A stretch of DNA of 28,146 bases. Origin: Candidatus Altimarinota bacterium (GTDB taxonomy: Bacteria; Patescibacteriota; Gracilibacteria; BD1-5; UBA2023). Shown piece after piece: positions 19,006 through 28,146 of the stretch; position 1 is the first letter of the stretch, and every line of letters begins with the position of its first letter. Under the pieces are notes generated by a model that was not told where the DNA came from, did not search any database, and worked only from the letters and a program-made list of their open reading frames with translations. Position numbers and translations under genes: made by a program. The DNA is taken from positions 1 to 28,146 of the forward strand of contig JANOWM010000056.1 of assembly GCA_031417875.1 (NCBI GenBank), read 5' to 3'.

Positions 19006-19545
19006 CTGTCATTCCTGTCCCGCTTGGCGGGATAATACTCCTGCAGGAATCTTACTTACATTCTTCTGTACTTTTTCACCCTCAAGGGGTGCCTCGTCGA
19101 CAAAAAAGTACCAAAAAGTCTTCAGGGTCTTCCATGCTTCATTTTCTCGTATCTGTTGCCACTTGATTTCCTAAAATTGCAAGACTACCAAACGTTGCAA
19201 TTTTTACGGAAATCTTCATGGACAGATACGGAAAACTCGCATAAGGAAGAAAAAGAAATAAAATAAAAAACAAAGCCAGAGCCAAAAAATCGATGATGAA
19301 CAGTGAAGGGGGGTTCGAAAGTTTGGAGTGTTTGCTTCTTTTTTTGGTGAACTTTCTGATTCTGTCGTCGATGTTTTCGAAAAAATTGCAACGTTTCTGA
19401 ATTTTGCAATTTTAGAAAACAAGACGATTACAGAATCCAAAGTGAACCAATGGAAAGAAGGACCTTTTGGTACTTTTCAGTCATGAAAAGTACAGAGAGA
19501 AAGTTTTGAAAATATGGAGATCCTGAAACAAGTTCAGGGTGACAG
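19006..19545. repeat. ~540-bp fold-back element: two diverged ~200-250-bp units in inverted orientation
   Basis: 19173-19205 vs reverse complement of 19381-19413 match 28/33; matching tctgtactttt..aaaagtaccaaaa blocks at 19065-19120 and 19461-19496; TGTCA-REP termini at both ends. Confidence 0.8.
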
Positions 19546-19557
19546 GAACTGAGATAC

Positions 19558-19800
19558 TTATTTTAAGCCAATAATTTCTGCTGTTGCCCTTCTTTTATGA
19601 GTAGAACTCTCTACGATTGATGGACTCTTATTTTCTTTCGAGAGTACTTGATCAATATTATATTGCCCGAGGATCATTCATAGAACAATTGCTGTGGCGC
19701 TATTTTGAATCATTCTTTGAAGTTTTGCTGTTTTTGGGAATTGTGACATTCGAGCATCACCGTCTCACAATTCTTTATAAAGCTTCATACCTTTGAGCAT
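19558..19800 (-). CDS. Small hypothetical protein (~80 aa)
   Basis: Track ORF 19765-19947 reads through TGA to TAA 19558; start placed at 19800 to avoid overlap with the PAP2 gene. Confidence 0.4.
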
Positions 19801-19906
19801 ATGCAGTACAAAAATTATTGACAAATATAATATTATAAATATTTTATTTGTCAATTCATTCTCACGATTCCGCTTGTATTTTTTACGTAAAAAGTAGTAT
19901 GGAACT

Positions 19907-20506
19907 ATGTTCACATACCTCCTCTCTCTCGATACATCCCTTCTCATACAAGCACGTGGACTTATTGGCCACGAGTACTCACACCTAGTACAGATATTGG
20001 GTGAAAGTATTGTGGTATGGTGAGCGCTCTTTCTTCTCGCGCTCTGGATCTATGGAAAGATTAAAAATGATACTACCTATAAAATCAAAGCCCTTCAGAT
20101 ATTTTTTACGATCATCTTTGTTTTCGGACTTTATGCGATCATAAATTTCTTCCTTCCACAATGGAGACCAAGTCCGCAGACTGTCGTCGGAGGAATCATT
20201 CCACTTATCCCACATCCTCTCGATAATTCATTCCCTTCTGGTCATGCGCTTTTTTCTGGTGCGCTTATTTTTGGAATATGGAAATATTTCCGAAAGACGT
20301 CACTTTTGATAGTTATGAATATATTCGCGATACTCACCCTCTCGATGCGAGTGATCGGAGGAGTTCATTATCCAGGAGATATTGTCGCAGGACTTGTAAT
20401 CTGAGTCATCGGATGATACCTCTTCATTCCCATTATCGAGTGATGATTCATGCGACGATATGTCTACGCATTTTTTGTAAAGGTTGCTAGTTTTCTGAGG
20501 CTCTAG
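19907..20506 (+). CDS. PAP2-family phosphatase (undecaprenyl-pyrophosphate phosphatase-like), 199 aa
   Basis: WRPSP, SFPSGH and MRVIGGVHYPGDI motifs; multiple TM segments; missed by the track. Confidence 0.92.
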
Positions 20507-20514
20507 AAAAAAAC

Positions 20515-20587
20515 TTGCATTTTTTAAAAAATATCTATAATGGACCCTAAGAGATAAAAGACCTGCCACACGGCGAGTCTTTTTTTT
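20515..20587 (+). promoter_or_regulatory. nusA promoter plus leader terminator-like hairpin
   Basis: TTGCAT-15-TATAAT (20515-20541); aaaagac...gtctttt hairpin followed by a T run (20556-20587). Confidence 0.55.
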
Positions 20588-20616
20588 ATCCCTACTATCT
20601 AACTATCCACCCTATT

Positions 20617-21705
20617 ATGTTTGACCTACAAAAAATCGAAGCTGCGATCAATCAGATTTCCGCTGAAAAAAAGATTGCAAAAGAGAAACTCGTAGAAATC
20701 ATCGAGCATGCGATCAAAACGGCATATAAAAAAGACTTTGCGAGCAAAGACGCCAATGTAAACGTCAAACTCGATATGGCAACTGGATCTTGTGAAATTT
20801 CTATCGAAAAAACCATCGTGGAAGAAGTTGTTGATCCGACTATCGAAATTTCCTACGAAGAAATCGGTGGTGCAGACTCCGGATTTGCACTCGGTGATAG
20901 CGTCGAAATCGATGTATCAGATGAAGTACTCGGTAGTGAAGGATTTGGTCGTATTGCTTCCCAAGCAGCGAAACAAGTCATCGTCCAGAAAATCGGAGAA
21001 ACAGAAAAAGAAAAACTCTACCATCTTTTTAAAGATAAGGAGGATACTGTTGTGAGTATGCGTGTCGAACTCGTCGAAAAAAATCGTGTGGTTTTTGACT
21101 ACAATGGTCACCAGGTGATCCTTCCACGAAGCGAACAAAATCCAAAAGATAAATATATCCCTGGGCAACGTATGCACCTCTATGTACGAAGTGTCGAGAT
21201 TGATCCGGTAACTGGACCACGTGTCATCCTCTCTCGAAAAAACAAAGAACTCGTTGTAAAGCTCTTTGAAATGAATACTCCAGAGCTCGAAGAGGGAGTT
21301 GTCGAGATTGTTTCTATTGCTCGTATGCCGGGCGTCAAAACAAAGATCATTGTCGCATCTGACGATAGTGATGTCGATCCAGCTGGATGTCTCATCGGAC
21401 CAAAATGAATGCGTGTACGAAATATCGTCGATGAACTCTTTGGTGAAAAGATCGATATCCTCAACTATACCACCAATCAAGAAGAAATGGTTCGCCGTGC
21501 ACTTGTTCCATGAGTCGTCGAGGAAATCACGATCGATGAGGAAAATAATATCATCCATGCAACGGTAAAAGATGAAGAAAAAGCAAAAGTTCTCGGACGT
21601 GGAGGAACGAATATAAATATCGCATGAGATCTTCTCGGGTACCGTATTTCCCTCACAAATATAGAAGGAAAGGTCGTAGACCCAAAAGAAGAAACTACGC
21701 TCTAA
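20617..21705 (+). CDS. nusA: Transcription factor NusA (362 aa)
   Basis: N-terminal domain, GRIASQAAKQVI, S1, GPRVILSR, ARMPGVKTKI, GCLIGPKGMRV, GRGGTNI KH motifs. Confidence 0.97.
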
Positions 21706-21721
21706 AAGGTAATCTCTCAAT

Positions 21722-21758
21722 AAAAATATCTTCCAAATTTCTTGGAAGATATTTTTTT
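21722..21758. terminator. Bidirectional terminator between convergent nusA and the surface-protein gene
   Basis: aaaaatatcttccaa-atttc-ttggaagatattttt. Confidence 0.88.
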
Positions 21759-21770
21759 ATGATCTAAACC

Positions 21771-24700
21771 CTAGAGAGAATCAAAGAACGTATCTACAGA
21801 ATCAATAGTATCTCGTATAAACGCTTCACGTGTCGAGAGAATACGAATCACATATTGGAGCGCCTTATACTCACGAGCAAACGGCTTTGGTGAGAGATAT
21901 TCTTGCAGTCTCTTGGCTGAAGCACGGAGGGTATCAGCTTTATCACTTTCTGTCAGTGTCTCATTAATACTCACCGCTGTCAGTATATCTCGACCTGAGA
22001 ATCTGATATCTGCGACATTATCACCACTAGATTCTTCAAATTCTCTTGAGTACTCGAGTACTGATGATATATTATCGAGAAGTTCTGGAATTTCCATTAC
22101 GGTCTCATTTTGGAAAGTCATCGCCAGTGAAGATGGAGGGTTATTCCTGATATTGCCAGTAGAAGTTTCTGTATTAAATATACGACCGAGAAGAAGCTGG
22201 GAGAGGAGTGCTGATGATACTCATGCTGATGAACCGACAGAATCTGAAGATGATAGAGCCGTTCCATTTGAACTACCTCATCCACCCCCACCTCATCCAT
22301 TTCAGGTTATTACTGGTGCTATGACCACTGGAGCACACCCGGGAAGAGCTGCAAGAGCATTCGGAGAAACAACACAAACTGATATTGTTCAGGCTGAAGA
22401 GATTCCTCCACTTCCATCATCCGCTTGGTAGGTAAATGTGGCAGAACCGACAAATGAGTTAGGCGGAGTGTAGCTAAATCCTCCGGTTGAAGTAATAGTA
22501 AGAGCTCCCGTCGATGCAGTTGTCCCGGTAAATGTGAGAACTGCTCCCTCAATATCTGATCCACTGAGTGTTCCCATAAGCACCATAAGAGTACCTGAGA
22601 GAACATTTCCCGTCATCAAATAACTCGCATTTCCTACAGTTGGAGCATCATTCACACAAGTAAATGTAAATGATACGGTTCCAGTATTTGAGAGATTACT
22701 GACACTATCACGTGCTCGATAAGTAAGAGTATTTGATCCACAGTAATTAGCTGTTGGTGTTATTTGGATATTATTTCCTGCGATGAGAGCCGTTCATCCA
22801 GAGAGTGGCTGAGTAATCGATACGAGTGTGAGAACATCTCATACATCAATATCGGTATCATTTGTCAGTGGAGTCACTATGAGCACTACATCTTCTGATC
22901 CGGTGGCGCTATCATCGGTGGCAACTGGAGGGGTATTGAAGGTATTTGGAGTGACGGTGATGGCAATAGTTCCGGTTCCTACCGTTACAGTTCCATCCGA
23001 AACCTGAAATGTAAAATTATCTGATCCTGAGAACCCGAGATTTGGAGTATAGGTAAAGGTTCATCCAGTATTGAATGCCAGTACTCCATTTGTAACATTC
23101 GTGGAGAGAATATAACTAAGAACATCGAGATCTATATCTGATCCGAGGAGTGTTCCTGTCACGAATCGGCCACTATTGGTCGCGATATTTCCGATGAGAC
23201 CATAAGAAGCTCATGAAAGCGTTGGGGCATCATTCGTACATATGAGATTCACTGTAACATTTCCTGTTCCTGAGAGGGCACCACTTTGGTCAGTAATTTG
23301 ATAAGTAAAACTATCCATACCACACTGATTTGCGATTGGTGAATAGATCACTTCGGTAGCTCATGAAATCGAGGCCATTCATTTTGTTCCTTGTGTCAGG
23401 ATGAATTGGAGAGAGAGTATATCTCCTCCATCAACATCAGTATCATTGGCAAGCATATTCGAAATAAGTAGACCTGTGTCTTCTGTTCCTGTCGCAGTAT
23501 CATTGTTCGTTACTGGCGCATCATTTACTGAAGTGATCGTAACACTCATGACTTCTGAAGCAGATGTAAAGACTCCATCAGATACTCGGTAACTAAAGCT
23601 GTCAGTTCATGAATAGTTAAGATTTGGAGTATAGACATATCCCCCAGTAGATCCAATCGAAACGGTTCCGTTCGATCCATTTGTGTTCATAAGGAATGTG
23701 AGTGGTGTACCATCTGCGTCATATCCTGAGAGTGTTCCTACAAAGGGAGCATCTTCATTTGTTGTGAGATTTCCTGAGTATGCGAGAGGTGGAGTATTTG
23801 AGCTTGAAACCGTGATGTTAACAGTTGCTGTACTAGAAAGGTTTGCATCTTGATCTATGAGCATATAACTAAACGAATCCGGACCAAGATAGGAGGCACT
23901 TGAAGTATATTGTACTCCTGTACCGACAATCACGGCTGTTCCATTCGATGGACTTGTAAGACCGGTAATAGTGAGAGTTTGTGGCGTATACGGACTATCT
24001 GGATCATTGTCATTATTCATGACATCCAAAATAGTTGGAGTGGCCATTTGAACATTTACGGTATCATCTCCTAACATAGGAGCATCCATAGTTCCTGTTA
24101 TTGTGAGAGAAATCGTCGCGGAAGAAGAAGTAAGTGCTCCGTCGCTAATTACGAAATCGAAAGTATCAGATCCATTATAGTGAGGATTTGGTGTATAGGT
24201 AAAGTCTGCCCCACTGATAGTAATGGTTCACTCGGAAGGGAGAAGTGATGTCGTAAATGTGAGTACATCACCAGGATTGAAGTCATAACCGGACATAGTA
24301 GCCGTATATGGAGTATCTTCCGTTACTGTATGACTATCTCATGATGAAATAGGAGGAACATTTGATCCTGGAATAATATTGATAGTAACTGTTCCTGTAT
24401 TTGAGAGTCCTCCACTTTGATCTACCATCGTATAAAGAAATGAATCGGAACCAATATAAAATGGATCGGCGATAAACTCAAGCATCGTTCCAGAAATTGA
24501 GAGCGTTCCATGAACCGGATTCGTAAATCCAGTCAGAGAAAACGTCTGTACTTCATATGGTGAGTCAATATCCGTTTCATTCGCGAGGACATCGAAGAGA
24601 TTTACGGCACCTCAGGTAGCGGTGACACTATCGTCAATAGCCGTTGGTGCATCGTTAGTACAAATCACGGTTACTGTGGCGACACCTGGAGTCACACCAT

Positions 24701-27209
24701 CTGATCACATTCCAAAACCATCGAATGCACGAAAGGTAAAGGTTCCATCTCCACAAAAATTTGCTGTTGGCTGGAAATCATACGTTCCGTCACCATTAAA
24801 AGCTGTAAGCGTTCCAAATGAAGGAGCTGGAGGATCAAAAAGTGAATATGAAAGTGATCATCCTGAGTTAATATCGGTCGCGGTAACAGCTCCGGTGATA
24901 GAAAGTGCATCTTCGCTCCCTGTCGCAAATGAAGGAACAGTAACGGGTGGAGTATTACTCGTTACCACATCAGCCGTATAGGTAGTAAATCCGATATCAT
25001 TTTCGAGAGAGAGGGTATACGTATTAGTTCCATCATTTGGAGGGAAAATAGTTACTGCTCCTGATGATCCGAGAATATAGGTAAATCCCCCGGTATTTGT
25101 CGATCCAGACATGAGAACATTCGTAGCATTATTTGATGTCCATGAGAGATCTACACTTTCGTTATTCGCGATACTTCCAGCTGATGGAACAAATGTTCCA
25201 TTTGGTTTATGGAGAATATTCGTTGGTGTAAAGTTTGAATTTGGATCTCTCCAGAGAATAATTTGTGAACTATGCGCCACGATATTTACTGGAAAAGCGA
25301 CAGCAGTATCTGTGATATCACGGTACTGGAGAGAACACCCTCCACCTCCTGGACATGAGAAATTTCCAGATGTAGAACCAGTATTTACCATCAGACGAAC
25401 TTCATTCGTACGAGGATTACGTGTGAGTCCTGTAACTTGTCGCACTACGAGATTATCGAGCTCGATATCTGAGAAAGCGGAAGTCGTAAAGAAGACGAGC
25501 TGAGCATCTGCTGCCGTCGTATTTGCTGTGACATAAGCTGAAAAGTTCATTCCTGAACCGGTCGCAATAGCATCGACAACACGGTCAGCATAGAGCACAT
25601 TGAGGATATCTTGTCGGATCGTCATGGCAACATGCTTGCCTCCGGTTCCACTGAGATTTTTCAGAGTTCCTGATATTTCATAGGTAGCTCCTGCCGTCAT
25701 TGAAAAGTTATCACTTGTTATTGTTCCCATTTGAGCTCCTCATTGGGATGCATGAAGTGTTCCGCCGGTATTATCATGAACGAGCGAATTACCACTCCCA
25801 GTCCATCCGATCACATCACTCGTAAATGTTCCATTTGAGAGGAGATTTGCCCCTGCAGATCCAGTACTCGTATAGACCTTGTATCCAAAGAATCCAAACG
25901 TAGAAGCTCCAAGATCAAAAGTGGAGATGTCAGCTTTTGTATAAGAAGATGAAAGACCTCCGTTATGAAGAGAGAGAACGAGTGGAAGTTTTGGCTTGTA
26001 GACGTTTATATACTTATTATTTGAAAGGGTCGCAAGAGATCACGATGCATCTACTTGATCATCGATCTTAATCATTGAGTAATCAGGATTATACGCAGTA
26101 ATTGTATTGTTTGAGATAGTATTAGTTTGTGTCGCATTAATAATAGTTTCAGTAATAAGAAGCGCTTCTGTACGTGGATGAAACAGTGTATTATTTGTTA
26201 CTGTCGTGCCATAAACATCTGTGAGAACGATTGATCTCATAGCATTTGAAATCGTATTTCCAGAAATATTTGTCGCAAAAGCTGGAGAAGTCAGGCGGAT
26301 ACCATCATGAGACCCCGTAGAGAGAATTCCTGTTCCGACATTCATAATCACATTATTCGTAATATTACTTCCATCAGCTGAACCAAGAGTATTCGTAATG
26401 GCAGCACAATCAGTTCCAACTGTACAGATATTTGTAAATGTGTTTTGATCAATAGTGGTATTAGTCGTAAAAGTAATAGCACTCTCCGCAATATCGTTGA
26501 ATGTATTCCCTTCTACCAAAAGTGATGAGCCAAGAATATTGGCAGCACCTGCAAATATTGCATATCCATTATCTTGGAAAATACTATTTTTTACCATGAT
26601 TGCTCCGGAATACCAGAGTGTAAGACCGTTATCACAAGAATCAAATGTCGATCATGATATGGTAATATTTTTATCCCCGTTTTGAGTCATACAAGTTGAT
26701 CCAGGATTCATCATAGTGATGTTTTCGAGAACTATTCCTGTCTGTGTGCTCATGCTTATACCCGTAAAACTCACAAGACCTCCAGAAGAAACGATGTTAT
26801 GGAGTTCAACATATGAAATCTCTCCATTTTCGGAGATCGTATTTCCTCCCGTTCCTACAATCACTGGATCATTTGATCCATTACATGTTCCATATGAACT
26901 ATAGACTATAGGATTTCACTCTGCACCTGAGTACGAAAGAGCCAGTGTCTCATTCCACGACTCTCCACACTCCAGGAGAATCTGATCTCCTTCTGAGTAT
27001 CCTCCGGATCCAAAGGATGCCATAGAAAGTGTCTGCCAAGCAGTTGCTGGCGAAAGTCCATCAGCAAGATCACTTCCATCCGTTGCGTCTATATAATATG
27101 AGTTATTGAGCGCATAGGTCGTGGGCAAAAATGGTGAAGCTATCTGTGAAACGAGAGTAACGAGTGTCATGAATGACAAGGCTCGAGAACGAAATGATAC
27201 GTGTTTCAT
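21771..27209 (-). CDS. Giant surface protein/adhesin (1812 aa): signal, parallel beta-helix, CBM4/9-like domain, nine ~95-aa Ig/cadherin-like repeats, Gly-rich linker, C-terminal domain
   Basis: All seven track fragments (21771, 22389, 23607, 24858, 26040, 26652, 26916) share one frame and end in TGA; repeats start with NDAP or NTPP about every 290 bp. Gaps between fragments were only partly checked for TAA/TAG. Confidence 0.85.
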
Positions 27210-27388
27210 AAAAAGAAAGTAATAAATATCTCTTTTATTAGACCACTTATCTTTTCTTTTTGCAATAACTTTCTATTGCACAAAAACATTTTATGTTTCT
27301 AATATTTTTACTCCTTGGATAGTCTGAGTACTTACTTGCAATTTGCACCACAATTCATATGATACCTCTTGTTATTATCACGCTCAGT

Positions 27389-28146
27389 ATGACTGCGAAA
27401 GTAAAAAAGAAAAAAATTCTCATCATGACCGCTTCATGAGCATTTAATCTCTGAGATGAGCTTATTTTACAGGAGGAGGTACGTTTTTTACAAAAACACT
27501 ATGGAAACGTGGAAATTACGGCTTTTACTTATGATAAGAAGAGTGTCATTCTCAAGGATAACTCCGTACGTTTTGTACATTACTTTCCTACCAACTTTTG
27601 GTGAAATCCTTTCGCGAATATCATTTACTTGTTTCGGAATATATGGATTATCGCTCATGCTGAAATACTTGTCATCGGAGGATGAGGTCTTTTTTTTGAC
27701 AATGAACCAGGAGTAAACTTTAAAAAACTTATCGCTGAATGGGGATTTCGTATCAAAATCGCTCGTATCAGTGGAACGACTCTCTTATTTTGGGGAATTG
27801 GGCTCGAAATCGAAAGAATACAAAATAAAATGATCCTTAAAAAACTTTTTACGTATGGGGATTTTATTCTCGTTCGTGATACTCGTAGCAAATGACTCCT
27901 TGATGCACTCGAAATTCCATCTATAGAAGTAGAAGATATTGTTTATCTCTATAATCCGCCTGACGTTCCAAAAATAGAACTCGCGAAAAAACGAGTCGGC
28001 ATCTCTATCCGATGATGATTCCTCGAACAAAAGAAAACAGTCATTCCAGAAATATATGATTATCTTGTATCCGAGTGATATGATCCGGTATTTATCGTTC
28101 ATACAACAACCGGAGGAATTGACCAAAACGACGCCATTTTTATAAA
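27389..28146 (+). CDS. Polysaccharide pyruvyl transferase family (CsaB-like), 5' part
   Basis: GAFNLGDELIL, VIGGGGLFFD, WGIGL, VRDTRS motifs in code 25; open to window end; promoter TTGCAA-16-TATGAT at 27336-27363. Confidence 0.85.

Noticed and set aside
19185-19440. Track ORFs inside the fold-back element
   Set aside because: Low-complexity products of the repeat arms with no protein-like features.
19801-20569. Minus-strand track ORFs 19765-19947 (long start), 19985-20215 and 20300-20569
   Set aside because: Antisense shadows of the PAP2 gene at 19907-20506.
20917-21720. 267-aa minus-strand ORF
   Set aside because: Antisense shadow of nusA; the same applies to 17724-18170 (infC), 11382-11735 (recombinase) and similar.
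1-28146. Apparent mass pseudogenisation (many short ORF fragments)
   Set aside because: Fragments are in frame and separated by TGA at conserved Gly positions; this is code 25, not decay.

Overview
AT-rich chromosomal window from a Patescibacteria (CPR) genome using genetic code 25 (TGA = Gly), i.e. Gracilibacteria or Absconditabacteria. The supplied ORF track breaks most genes at TGA. Re-read in code 25, the fragments join into intact genes, and the matching tRNA-Gly(UCA) is in the window (1418-1496). Left to right: 5' part of elp3; a compact locus with the layout of a par/Fst-type type I toxin-antitoxin system (30-aa ORF, convergent ~75-nt antisense RNA, shared terminator, paired direct repeats); a Lys-rich ORF; tRNA-Gly(UCA); a ~11.5-kb island (frameshifted phage-like gene, Bro-N protein, a metal-resistance operon of a 25-aa 8-Cys metallothionein-like peptide, CsoR, His-rich protein, long RND adaptor, CusA/CzcA, DUF305 lipoprotein and MauE-like protein, then a large serine recombinase running into tRNA-Arg(GCG)); a degenerate tRNA-Arg copy; tRNA-Cys; gatC, recF and an Ig/FN3 surface protein; rpsT-infC-rpmI-rplT; a ~540-bp fold-back repeat; PAP2 phosphatase; nusA; an 1812-aa beta-helix/Ig-repeat surface protein; and the 5' part of a polysaccharide pyruvyl transferase. 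Best leads: the type I TA-like locus, the micro-metallothionein and the fold-back element. All calls come from manual reading; no database searches were run.
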